Origin: Octopus sinensis
Lineage: Eukaryota
DNA length: 64,000 nucleotides
Direction of reading: 5' to 3'
Assembly (NCBI RefSeq): GCF_006345805.1
Contig: NC_042998.1
Span: 80,662,001-80,726,000, forward strand
Every line of letters starts with the position of its first letter. Position 1 is the stretch's first letter. Positions 12,608 to 24,855 of the stretch are shown here, one piece after another. The translations under genes and the position numbers were made by a program. Under the pieces are notes generated by a model. The model was given only the letters and a program-made list of their open reading frames with translations. It ran no database searches and was not told the DNA's origin.

Positions 12608-13511
12608 TTACATGGAAAAATGCAAGCATGAATAATAATAATAATAATGAAATTATTGTATACAGTGCTCAGGTGCACCACAACTTGTCAGAAAGTGCAT
12701 ATAAAGTACATGCAGTAATGTAGAAATGTCTGGAAAGTGAACATGCTTGTGTGTGTATGGAGGGGAGAAAATCAAGTGTAGTGTTGGCGAATCTCAGGAA
12801 GCATGGAAGTTTTGAAGGATGCAGTGCTCCGACAACTAACAACCGATGCTGGCAGTTTGTTCCACGCTTCAGCTACTCTCAGCGTGAAAAAATGTTTCCT
12901 GAAGTTATGGGAGCTGTGCTGTTTTCTTACTTTGTAAATATGTCCATGGGTGTTAGATGGGTGGAGTTTGAAGAGGTGCTCAGAGTTATTGTTTGTGCGA
13001 TGGTTGATAATTTTATGGGTGTCTGCCGTCATATTCTTAAGATTATAAACTTGGAAAAGTTCAGGACAAGTTATTACACCTGTAAAAGTATAGGACAAGC
13101 TATTACTTCTAGTAAAGTAAAGAATAAGAAACTTTTTACTTAAAATATTGCAGCAAAGAATGCCAGTTCTTCTAATTTATCACTCTTTACAGTTCTCATC
13201 TTTTAAATTTATTGTATAAAACTGTTCAGCTGATTTGTAAGTTTGTCTAATTAGTCACTTTTTTCTGTATTTAATGTAGTAAATTAGCCAAATTCTACTT
13301 AAATAAGTATAGTGTTACTTGTAAACTATAATAAAATAAGTTTTAATATTCAAATTTTAATTTTAGCTACAATATTTTAAGTAAAAAGTTTCTTATTCTT
13401 TACTTTACTAGAAGTAATATCTTATCCTATACTTTTCCAGGTGTTATAACTTGTCCTGCAGGTTTATAATCTTAAGAATATGACTTTTCATGCTTGCATT
13501 TTTCCATGTAA
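12608..13511. repeat. Foldback element (arms 12608-12632 + 13028-13154 versus 13366-13511), left arm interrupted by the CR1 fragment
   Basis: Right-arm reverse complement reads ttacatggaaaaatgcaagcatgaaaagtcatattcttaagattataaac...; the left arm has the same text split by the CR1 insert. Confidence 0.8.
12633..13027 (-). mobile_element. 5'-truncated CR1-type LINE 3' end with (ATT)n tail
   Basis: NTHGHIYKVRKQHSSHNFRKHFFTLRVAEAWNKLPASVVSCRSTASFK is the typical CR1 C-terminus. Confidence 0.82.
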
Positions 13512-14333
13512 TCCATGATTTTTCTTGGCATTGCTGTTATAAGATAATTAATAATGTGTCAATTAATGATTTAAAATTTTACTTTATAAAATACTGAAAG
13601 ATAATATTTCAATTTTTCCATGTAAGTGATGATAATATTTCAATGTTTTTCATGTTTAATATAAATATATGTTGTTATTGAATTATTTGATATTACCCAT
13701 CTGCACCAAATTAATGGCAGAGATTTTTATGATGTTATTGGTTGCACCATGGATCACCAAAAGTTACAAACAACAAGACCCAAAAACCATCAGTTACCAG
13801 GCTCACCTTAAGTAACCTAATTTTGCAATATTAGGAAGTCATAGGAGTTCATTCAATGAAAAAAAAAATTTCCAATGATTCTGGGATTGTTGGGGGGAAC
13901 CCCTTCACCTCATTTTTTCCGAACCAAAATAAGGGAATTGCAACATATTAGGAGGTCAGGGTACTTGATTCCACGCAAAAAATCAAATTTCTTTTCTTAG
14001 TGAAAATTGTGCGGGTGTTAATATAGAAATTGATCATAATGTTATTTAGTCTCAATTAAACCCTGATATTACAAATGTATCATCAAAGACATTCCAGCCT
14101 TCAGCAAACCGTCTTTCTAGGGATAATCTAGGATATTACATACAATGGGTGTGTGATTTTGGTAGGGGGATACTTTGGCTGCTATTTTTAGCATGTCGAG
14201 CGAACAGGTAGAGGCTCTTTCATTGGTTCAATTTTGTGATGAGATTTTTTTACACATATATATATGTATATATATATCATCAGCAGAAGTTAGAGAGTAA
14301 GTCAAAAGCTGAGTTTCGTGTGTTGGCACTTAC

Positions 14334-14383
14334 CAAACACAAATTTGCCCATTGTCACTCTGTAATTTCTGATGAAATAACAT
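14334..14383 (-). CDS. Candidate 50-bp antisense exon MLFHQKLQSDNGQICV(W)
   Basis: Strong minus-strand ttttgtattttag acceptor and GTAAGT donor; phase 0 start is compatible with the 16808-16968 candidate. Confidence 0.25.
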
Positions 14384-15468
14384 CTAAAATACAAAATTTT
14401 GTCCAAAATGTTAAGAGTAAACCCTGTTGTATGTGACACATTCTACCAGTATCGGAAGTTTGAAAGTGTTTAGTTAAAAAATATTAATTAAATAATCTGT
14501 ACATCAAAGTCAACCTCGGTGAAATTTGAACTCAAAAAACAGATGAAATACCATTAAGCAGTTTGCCCAGTGCACTAACGTTTCTGCCAGCTTGCCACCT
14601 TAGAAAGTAGATGTTCATTTTAGAAATATATTCTTTATTCTTATTGCTTAAGCATTACTCCTTACTTCCTGACATGAAATTGTGTAATATTTTACCTCAT
14701 AACTCTTTTTCTACTAATTTTTGTTCAATGCGCCTAACGATTTTGAATTCCTCAGGCATTTTTCTATCATTTAAGCCTAAGAAAGGTATACTTTTAATTT
14801 AAAATTTTAAAAAATTATGTTAATTGAAGATGAATATCTGCCCCTTGAGGTCGCAGATATTTGGATGTAACTTTTTTTCTACTGAACCAAATTTCAAACT
14901 ATTTATGCCAAAGTGTAACTGAGGAGGTGTCCTCTTTAAAACTATTAACAGTTTGCAGTTTAGTTGAGAACTGAATTAATGGTGAAGTTTGGAAGCTGCT
15001 GCAATTGACAAAATGGTGGACTTAAGAATATATTCAACCACTACTGTGGTTGAATGATAGATCACCCATGTTAATTGTCTGTTCTTGAATAAGAGTGCTT
15101 CTTCTTTCCCCATAATGAGAACCGAGTCCAATGCTCTGAATTAATAAAACTTATTGGGGTGATTCTGTTGTCTCTGCTAGTATCTGCTTTATCTTCTGAA
15201 AGCTAAATGTATTAGCCACATCATAGAGGTTCTGCTTATGGAAGAGTGAGAAGTTGGCACAAACAATAGACCCGACCAATTGCATTACACTGTTTAATTG
15301 CATAACTCTTCATTCTGATTTTAGTTCTTGTTGTAACTTACCTGGCCCTTTTCCTTCAAGGGTGTTGCTGGTCAATAAAATAAGCATGTTGGGTTTATTT
15401 AATCTTCAATTCCTCTCAAATATTGTGTTTGTATGTAAAGTATTTATTTTAATATTGTTTTTCTTCAG

Positions 15469-15600
15469 GAATTTATGCTGGACACACTTGTTGATAACAT
15501 CTCTGTTGATCCTGAGGGTAACATATGGGCTGGGTGTCATCCTAGATTTTTGAGTATTTTGAGTTATATGGAAAACTTTACTCTTGGTTCACCTTCTCAG
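15469..15600 (+). CDS. PON: PON exon: EFMLDTLVDNISVDPEGNIWAGCHPRFLSILSYMENFTLGSPSQ
   Basis: ttcttcag acceptor, GTAAGA donor at 15601; 132 bp, phase 0 to 0. TLVDNISVDP (D269/N270) and GCHP (C284/H285). Confidence 0.96.
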
Positions 15601-16807
15601 GTAAGACATATTCCTATGACATGAAATAAAGAATAAGCATTTTGCTAACACTCGTAATAATTAGACAACTTTGGGTACAAATCTAAAAGACATACGTATG
15701 TCTGAAAAATGTAATGTGAATATCTTGGGTTGGCTAATGAACCTGTACTAAATTTTAATTTCTTGGTGTTTAAGAAATGAGAAATAAACTGTTTTTGGGA
15801 TGGGATGCCAGTCTGTCACAGGCCTCAAAATATCCTCCTCCCCTCTTCACCCCTCCCCCTCCTCCTAAAAAAAGCTAAGTTTAACTCAATAGGATTGGAA
15901 CTTGGAGAGCTGGAATAACTACTGCAAGGTATTCTAACAAATGTCCTTGTGATTCTGCCAGTGAAGCACCTTGAATATTGGAGATATTTGATCATGGAAA
16001 ATGATCTGTGTTGCTAATACTAGCTGAATCTTTAATTAATCATTTATCATCTGACTGAATGAGATAAGAAAATAAACATAGTGTACTCTAATTGCAATTC
16101 TGCACCCCTCTAGATGGCTACCTTTATATGGTCACTTACTCTGCTAGAAATAGTAGAAAAATCTCTTGATTTTGCCATCTTTAATCCTTTTGCTATCGTA
16201 TTTTTGTTGAAATACATTGCCTTTGTTTCAAATAATTTTGAAAATGATAAAGAATTCAATAAAATAACTGTCATTATTAAACTATAATTTGGACACAAAC
16301 ACAACATGAAATTTTGATGAAAGGTTTTTAATTTGGATCAGTTTGAAACATGATGATTTTATTGTAAAACCAGGGTCAGTCTCAGGTGGGTTAGTATCAA
16401 AAAGGCTTGCTGGTAAAGATGAGCTGTACCTGTATTTCAAAGGGCCAGCTTTGTCACGTTTCTGTCATGCTATATCCCCACGAGTTCAGCTACTTGCATG
16501 TTAATTTCATGAGCCAATTGTTCTGTTGATCAGACCAACTGTAACCCACGTCGTCGTAACCAGGAGATGATGTAGTCTGAGGTACACTGTTCCTGAAAAA
16601 TAATGGGATGGGCCTGGCTTTAATGCCTCTGGCTATAGGTCTTTTTAATCAGTACCAACCTGGTGTTAAGTATCAGCAATAACTAAAATAATGAAAACAA
16701 CGTTGCTGCATGATAGAGTGCAAAGAATACTTGCAGAATAGACAAAAGTGCAACATTTTTAAGTGTGCAAAACTTGTGATTGCTTCCTAAAGAGTTGATC
16801 ACTTAAC

Positions 16808-16968
16808 TTCATGATGTAGATCTACTCTACTTTTGCTGACTGGGATTGCGTGACTTGCAACCAAAGCATGGATAATAATATTTAATCTGTCTCCTGTTTT
16901 AAGATGGTGAGAATATTCCAGAGAGCCAGTAGACTGGAGCAGAGCGATTAGATTATGATTGTGAACGT
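16808..16968 (-). CDS. Candidate exon of an unidentified antisense gene in the last PON intron: (D)VHNHNLIALLQSTGSLEYSHHLKTGDRLNIIIHALVASHAIPVSKSRVDLHHE
   Basis: Minus-strand tttttttcaattctag acceptor and GTTAAG donor; 53 open codons; looks GC-richer than the surrounding intron; no repeat match seen in the window. No homolog recognised. Confidence 0.35.
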
Positions 16969-18109
16969 CTAGAATTGAAAAAAATATGTAAAACAAATTA
17001 ACATAAAGGGAAGTAACTTATTAAAATATCGGAATAACGACTACTTTATATAGCATGAAGGCGTTCTGTTATAGAAGTCCTATAGAACTTGACGAATAAC
17101 ACTGGAAAATAAATATGGGAGCTGTGTCAAAACTCCACTCCTCAATAAACTTATTTATGATTCTTCATACAAATCTAAAGTTGCAAGGCTTTATTTCACT
17201 TCAACATAATGAAAGCCCAAACTTTTCTGTTTCAGAGTCAATGAAAAATGTAAGGGAGGTAACTTTGTATTAAGTTATGTCCCTAGAAGCGAAGGGGTGT
17301 CGTTTGAAAATTTCTATTTACATACGTAAATGCATAAATTTATTTGTACCTACAGGAATACAAACAAGCATACGTACGCTTGTCCATACAGACATTCATG
17401 CATCTATCTATACATCTATGTACACATACAAATTCATCTATCTACACATTTATGCATACATCTACATATACACACTTTGATGCATGGAAACATGAGACGT
17501 GTACTTCTGTCTATACATGCATACAAACATGGATATATGCAGAAGTCTATCTAGCAATACCTGTATGCTTAAATAGATCTTTGCACGCATGTACATATGT
17601 GCAGATGCATTTATTTATAAATATGCACATATGTTTCACGTGCATACAACTGTTTTTCTATGTGTGCATACATGCATCTACAATATCATTCAAGCCTCTA
17701 TCTCTACACACATACATGTATATATATGTATATATCTATATATGCTTAAAGGCTTCTATCTGTCTATACATGCATAGATCTGTTTAAGAATGCATACATG
17801 CTTAAATATATGTATGTTTGGTTATCTATACACACATACATTTATTTATCTGTACAAAGCTTTCCTTCAAAATTTCATCTTAATTTATATTTCAAGCACC
17901 AACTTATTCTCTTTGATATTAAGCCATCTGAGACTGCCTCTATTTCTATGGCATAAACCTCCTGTATTTAAGCGATCTAAATTAAAAGCTTTCATCAAAA
18001 TTCCATGTTGGTTTATATCCCAAATACCAGCTTAATAACTAAAATGTTAGAGAAAAACAACTTGTTTTAAATCACTGAGCAAGAGATATACAGTAGCAAT
18101 ACCGAATAG

Positions 18110-18267
18110 TAAAGTTTATATGCCAACAGAATATGGCAGTCCTATAAAGGACGACGTTACTATTGTATTTTTGTTGTTTTATTTTTGTTTTATTTTTTCC
18201 TGGGGCTAAAACAACAGTAACATCATCCTGTATAGGACTGCCACATTCTGTTGGCATATAAACTTTA
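18110..18267. repeat. Inverted repeat, about 57-bp arms and 44-nt loop
   Basis: taaagtttatatgccaacagaatatggcagtcctata... pairs with ...tataggactgccacattctgttggcatataaacttta. Confidence 0.85.
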
Positions 18268-18748
18268 TTAACTAAAATGTTATTTTACTAAATTCTTCAT
18301 TATTTCCAAAACTAATTAAAACAAAGGCAGTGCATTTCAACAGAAATATTGTAATGAAAGGGTTAGTTATGAACTGGGGTGTAAGTCTTTTGTCAACCAT
18401 GCAGACTAATGCTGAGGCTAACAACCCATTAATATATTTGGTGAACTGGCTGAATTGTTAGCACGCTGCAAAATGCATAGTGGCATTTCATCTGGCCTTG
18501 CATTCTGAGTTCAAATTCTACCAAGGTTGACTTGGCCATTCATCCTTTCAGGGTTGATAAAATGAATACCAGTTGAGTGCTGGCGGTCAGTGTAATCAAG
18601 TTATTCGCTTCCCTAAAATATCTGGCCTTGTGCTAAAATTTGAAACCAATATCATTGTTATTGCATTCTCTACGTTTATGCCTATTAAATTATGTTTCAT
18701 GTGCATATGACTGTTTTTCTATATCTGCGTATGTGCATCTACAACATT

Positions 18749-19653
18749 ATTCAAGCCTCTATCTATTTTATTGCATTCAAACCTCTATCTATTTTATTGC
18801 ATTCAAGCCTCTGTCTATCTTATTGCATTCAAGCCTCTATCTATCTTATTGCATTTAGGCCTCTATCTATCATATTGCATTCAAGCCTCTATCTATCTTA
18901 TTGCATTCAAGCCTCTGTCTATTTTATTGCATTCAAGCCTCTCTCTATCTTATTGCATTCAAGCCTCTGTCTATTTTATTGCATTCAAGCCTCTGTCTAT
19001 CTAATTGCATTCAAGCCTCTATCTATCTAATTGCATTCAGGCCTCTGTCTATCTTATTACATTCTAACCTCTATCTATCTTATTGCATTCAAGCCTCTAT
19101 CTAACCTATTGCATTCAGGCCTCTATCTATCTCATTACATTCTAACCTCTATCTATCATATTGCATTCAAGCCTCTATCTATCTTATTTCATTCAGGCCT
19201 CTATCTAACCTATTGCATTCAGGCCTCTATCTTATTGCATTTAGGCCTCTATTTATCTTATTGCATTTAAGCCTCTGTCTATTTTATTGCATTCAAGCCT
19301 CTATCTATCTTATTTCATTCAGGCCTCTATCTAACCTATTGCATTCAGGCCTCTATCTTATTGCATTTAGGCCTCTATCTATCTTATTGCATTCAAGCCT
19401 CTGTCTATTTTATTGCATTCAAGCCTCTATCTATCTTATTGCATTCAGGTCTCTATCTATCATATTGCATTTAGGCCTCTATCTATCTTATTGCATTCAA
19501 GCCTCTCTCTATCTTATCGCATTCAAGCCTCTATCTATCTTATTGCATTCAAGCCTCTATCTATCTTATTACATTCAAGCCTCTATCTGTCATATTGCAT
19601 TCAAGCCTCTCTCTATCTTATTGCATTCAGGCCTCCATCTATCTTATTGCATT
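18749..19653 (+). repeat. Minisatellite, about 26-bp unit attgcattcaagcctctatctatctt, roughly 35 copies, in the last PON intron
   Basis: Directly visible tandem array; source of the overlapping low-complexity ORFs at 18640-19742. Confidence 0.95.
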
Positions 19654-19728
19654 CTCCATGTTTATGCCTATTAATTTTGTTTAGTATTCTGAGGTATTCA
19701 TTTATTCATGTTTTCTTTAATTGCACAG

Positions 19729-19896
19729 GTTTTAAAGCTTGAAGTAGAAAATGGGTTGATAAAATCAATGAAAGAGGTATTTTCCAACGATGGATTTATG
19801 CTGTCTGGTTCCACTTCAGCTTCATTCTATCGAAACCAGACACTTATCGGAAGTATGTTGGAAAAGTTAGTAATATGTGATGTTCTTTATATGTAA
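19729..19896 (+). CDS. PON: PON terminal coding exon: VLKLEVENGLIKSMKEVFSNDGFMLSGSTSASFYRNQTLIGSMLEKLVICDVLYM*
   Basis: ttgcacag acceptor, phase 0, TAA stop at 19894-19896. Aligns with the PON1 C-terminus (LQGSTVAS...LLIGT...KALYCEL), C353 equivalent retained. Confidence 0.94.
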   Translation, partial: VLKLEVENGLIKSMKEVFSNDGFMLSGSTSASFYRNQTLIGSMLEKLVICDVLYM

Positions 19897-20804
19897 TTTA
19901 ATATTTCTTAAACTAGATTATAAAATATTCAACCATTAATATCTTTAGTTTTCTTATCTTTTCTAAAATGTTTTATGTGACAATTTCATTAAATGCCTCC
20001 CACCACCACCACCACCACCACCGCCGCCGCTGCCGCCTTCATCAGCATCACCATCATTAGCATCGCCATCATTATTGTTTAATGTCCCTGTTTCATCATG
20101 GTATGCACTGGATGGTTTGACAGAATTCAGTGGATCCAAGGAACGGCATCAAGCTCAAATGCTTGCTTTGGTAGGGTCTCTGTAGTTGGATGTCTTTCCC
20201 TAATGCTAACCACTTTACAGCATGTATTGAGTGTATTTTTTCGTGCCACCAGCACTGTTGAGGTTGTCATGCTACTTGCAAGACATCAAACCCTGATGAG
20301 GAAGATTTACACTTAGAGATGATGCAATTAAAGTAGGAAAGTAGGGACCAGCATAGAACAGGTTTTTTTGTTGTACAGAAGCTACACGAACTGTGCATAT
20401 TCTGGAAGGCAGGGTGGATGTGATCGGGTAGGGCTGGAAAGAGATAAAAGTAGTGATGTTGAGGGTGAGGAGGTGTCAAGGTGGACCCTCAAGGTATGAA
20501 ATCAGTAGCAGGGGTTGCGGGGTATCAGAAGAACCAGGTGTGTTGTGGTGGGTGCAGGTTACTAGCGTGTATGGAGAGTGAGAGATGGGGATGGCTGAAG
20601 GGAGGGAACACAAGTGACAACTGTAAAGATTGGATTGGGTTGGAAGGGCACGGATGGATGTAGTGAATGCTGGTGGAAGTAATTCATTCTTTAAGTTTGC
20701 TTTATGTGTTGAGCATTTGTTAGGGACTTTTGGGTTTTGGTTTGAATGATTAATTTTTTTTTTTGTATTTGATTTGTCTAATAAATCAGAAGCCATCATC
20801 ATCA

Positions 20805-20841
<37 letters not shown>

Positions 20842-21109
20842 CATCATCATCATCATCATTGTGGTGGTGAGCTGGCAGACTCATTAGCGTGATGGACAAA
20901 ATGCTTAGCGGCATTTTGTCTGTCTTTACATTCTTAGTTCAAATTCCGCCAAGGTCGACTTTGCTTTTCATCCTTTTGGGGGTTGATGAAATAAGTACCA
21001 GTGGACCTCTGGGGTTGATATAATTTACAAGCCCCCACCCCTCAAATTTCAGACCTTGTGCTTATAGCAAAAAAGGGTCGCCGCCGCCACCGCCGCAATC
21101 GCTGCTGCT

Positions 21110-21410
21110 GGACTATCATCTCTTTGGCCCCATGAAAGAGGGTTTGAGAAGCAAACATTATTCCAGTGACAAGGAAGTGAAACTGTAGTGAAGAAGTGGC
21201 TCAAAGAACAGTCATCAGAATTTTATGGGGCAGGGATACATGCTCTCATTCGAAGGTGGAACATTGCTATTGAGAGAAACGGTGACTATGTTGAGAAGTA
21301 GGGATGTGATCCACAGAGGACCAACTTCATTTTGATGTATGATACATGTTCCAGTGTTGGTAATTATAGCTGTCCTAAACAAAATGGCATTCATTTTGAC
21401 TCACCCTTGT
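21110..21410 (+). mobile_element. mariner transposase C-terminal remnant
   Basis: LFGPMKEGLRSKHYSSDKEVK/KKWLKEQSSEFYGAGIHALIRRWNIAIERNGDYVEK*, ending at tcacccttgTA. Confidence 0.8.
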
Positions 21411-21903
21411 AGTATATTCTATAAAGTGGTTGGCATTAGGAAGTACATCAAGCCATAGAGACTGTGCCGAAGCAGACATGGGAGCATTACAGTTTTTCGA
21501 GCTGTCGGATCCTTGTTCAACCATCCTGCCCATGCCCAATAGGAAAGGTGGATGTTAAAAAGTGATGATGATGGAGATGATGTGCTTATGTTGCAAAATA
21601 CTGGTTTCAATTTTTGGCACAAGGCCAGCAATTTTGTGTTTCAAAGAAGTAGCTAAGTCAATTACATCAACCCCAGTGTTTCACTGGTACTCAAGTTATC
21701 GATCTTGAAAGGACGAAAAGCAAGCTAACCTTGATGGAATTTGAACTTAGAAAACTTAGAATGTGAAGATGAATGAAATGCCGCTAAGCATTTTGCTTGG
21801 CATGGTAGTGATTCTGCCCACTTGCCACCTTAATAATAATAATAATAATAATAATAATAGTAATAATAATAATAATAATAATAATAGTAATAATAATAAT
21901 AAT

Positions 21904-22281
21904 AAAGATTGTCTTAACTGGTACATCACACGTATTGAGAAGAGCATTGTCGATGTGAGAACTATTACTACCCATGTATTTTAAGTTAACTTTATTTCTA
22001 TCAAAAAAAAAAAATGAACGAACTAGTGAGTTTAGTTTAATGGTCTACCAATGTATACTATGAGTTTCTTTGCCCTAGGAGTCGGGAAAACACTCGGCAA
22101 GAAATGGAAGCAAATTTGAAAGAAGAAAAACCCATAAATAATAATAGTAATAATAATGATAATAATGATAATAATAATAATAATAATAATAATAGTAATA
22201 ATAATAATAATAGTAATAATAATAATAGTAATAATAATAATAGTAATAATAATAATAATAACAATAGTAATAATAATAATA

Positions 22282-22313
<32 letters not shown>

Positions 22314-23027
22314 GTAATAATAATAATAATAAAGATTGTCTTAACTGGTACATCACACGTATTGAGAAGAGCATTGTCGATGTGAGAACTATTACTACCC
22401 ATGTATTTTAAGTTAACTTTATTTCTATCAAAAAAAAAAAATGAACGAACTAGTGAGTTTAGTTTAATGGTCTACCAATGTATACTATGAGTTTCTTTGC
22501 CCTAGGAGTCGGGAAAACACTCGGCAAGAAATGGAAGCAAATTTGAAAGAAGAAAAACCCATAAATAATAATAGTAATAATAATGATAATAATGATAATA
22601 ATAATAATAATAATATAATAGTAATAATAATAATAATAAAGATTGTCTTAACTGGTACATCACACGTATTGAGAAGAGCATTGTCGATGTGAGAACTATT
22701 ACTACCCATGTATTTTAAGTTAACTTTATTTCTATCAAAAAAAAAAAATGAACGAACTAGTGAGTTTAGTTTAATGGTCTACCAATGTATACTATGAGTT
22801 TCTTTGCCCTAGGAGTCGGGAAAACACTCGGCAAGAAATGGAAGCAAATTTGAAAGAAGAAAAACCCATAAATAATAATAGTAATAATAATGATAATAAT
22901 GATAATAATAATAATAATAATAATAATAGTAATAATAATAATAGTAATAATAATAATAATAACAATAGTAATAATAATAATAATAATAGTAATAATAATA
23001 ATAGTAATAATAATAATAATAATAATA
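21904..23027 (+). repeat. Tandem triplication: identical 230-bp block separated by variable (AAT)n tracts
   Basis: Block aaagattgtcttaactgg...gaaaaacccataa starts at 21904, 22331 and 22638. Confidence 0.95.
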
Positions 23028-23489
23028 TTCGTTTCTACTCTAGGCAAAAGGCCTGAAATTTTGGGGGAGGTGGGAGGGCAGTCGATTAGATCGACCCCAG
23101 TATGCAACTGGTACTTAATTTATCAACCCCAAATGGATGAAAGGCAAAGTCAACCTCAGCGGAATTTGAACTCAGAACACAAAGACAGACGAAATACCAT
23201 TAAGTGTTTCGCCTGGCATGCTAATGTTTCTGCTAGCTCACCATCTTTAACAAGAATAATATTGACAGCAACAATAATAATCCTTTCTACTCAAGGCTAC
23301 ACGGCCTTGGAATTTTGTGGGAGGGGACTACTTGATTACATCAACCCCAGCTTTTCATTGGTATTCAATTTATTGACCCCTAAAGGATGAAAGACAAAGT
23401 TACCCTCAGCGGAATTTGAACTCAGAATGTAGTGGCAGGTGAAATACCGTTAAGAATTTCGCCTAGCAACAATAATAATGACAACTGTT

Positions 23490-23619
23490 GGGGACCGCTT
23501 GTGAAATCCACATATTCCCACGAAACTTCTTCCAACTTCTTCGAGATGCCTCGAGGGTGGTAGAAGAAGTCGTCTCAACCCACCCAGGGTGAATGTCACC
23601 ACAAGTACAAGTAAGTAAG
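23490..23619 (+). mobile_element. Young 130-bp retroposon 3' end with 17-bp TSD
   Basis: TSD taataatgacaactgtt at 23473-23489 and 23620-23636; (AAGT)n-type tail; CpGs intact. Confidence 0.85.
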
Positions 23620-24818
23620 TAATAATGACAACTGTTTCAAATTTCAACACAAACCCTACAATTTTGAGAGAAGAGGTTTTGATAATATCATTGACTCTGA
23701 TGTGTGCTGAAGATGAAAGACATAGTTGACCTGACTGATATTTGAACTCAAAACGGTAAGTGTTGGGACAAAATGTCTCAAGACATTCTCCAAATTTCAA
23801 ATTATTTTATCATTATTCTACACTTAATGATAATTTCTAATTTAGGCACAAGACCAGAAAATTTGATGTGGGATAAAGGTCAGTTGATTAAATTGACCCT
23901 AACTTTATTTAGACAGTTCCATTTGTAACTAGTTTAGCATTTTTCAAGTATAATGTATCTTGGTCTATATTATCCAATATGTTCTTTATTTCCCTTTTTT
24001 TAGTTAGTTGTGTATTTATTAAGAGAATCGGCTGTTATTTCTAGCTAGTGAAGTTGAAGTATAGAAGTTCCTTCGTTAATTCTGGTGGTCATTACGGAGA
24101 TGAAATAGCTGGAGTTGCTTCCCTTTAATACTAGTGTGTTTCGTTTCATAGTTATCTCCTTTGTTTTTTGGAGAATTTCTTATATAGAAAACATCTTTCT
24201 TTCGAGTCTTCTGTCCTAGTTTCGTGTCTCAGCTTTAAGTATATCACTTCACGTACACCCTTCGCTCTTTTTAAAAAGGCATTATGTTACGAACTTCTTT
24301 ATTCACATTCCTTTTTCCACAAGGATTTTATGCTTTATTCTAAATAAATTGTTCAACTCCTCCTAGACCGTTGGTGTGAGGACAATGTAACTCAAATCCT
24401 TAATCCCAAGGAATGTCCTAAGGGGGTCTATTTTTTTAAGGGTCGCCTAATTGTGGCTCCACTGACCCCTCTCCTATTCTTATTGCATTTTAAACTAAAT
24501 AGATGGCAATGGCGACCGATATCGGATTAATGACAACGAATTTCATACCATGAACTCACAGGGAGTATTGTAAGGAGGTTCAATTTCTGAAGGGCCACCT
24601 AAATGGGGCCATACTTGATCCCCTATTTTTACTGCATTTACCTTGCTCCTATGCTTATTGATTAAACTATGACTGGCATCAGTGCTTAGCACATTTGCAG
24701 AAATAAGTTTGGGCATTCTAAATACCTTCGTTCAAATGGAGATAAAAAGTTATAATGAGTGTGTTTAAAGTGTGGTAGTGTGGATATTTTGTAGGTTATG
24801 AAACTTATGTCTTGTATG

Positions 24819-24854
<36 letters not shown>

Positions 24855-24855
<1 letters not shown>

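Noticed and set aside
15340-15366. Minus-strand CCAG/GTAAGT donor with 26-bp micro-exon
   Set aside because: Gives an immediate stop in the phase needed to join the 16808 candidate exon.
16137-16217. Apparent minus-strand exon AMYFNKNTIAKGLKMAKSRDFSTISSR with GTAAGT donor
   Set aside because: Most of it matches a dispersed TTAA-ended MITE terminus also seen at 18270-18370 and in part at 7838-7900 and 8460-8500.
18640-19742. Multiple 67-153 aa ORFs (LLHSSLYLSYCIQASIYLIAF repeats)
   Set aside because: Translations of the intronic 26-bp minisatellite.
21904-23027. Repeat-spacer-like pattern and poly-Asn/Ile/Leu ORFs
   Set aside because: The spacers are only (AAT)n tracts; it is a tandem duplication.
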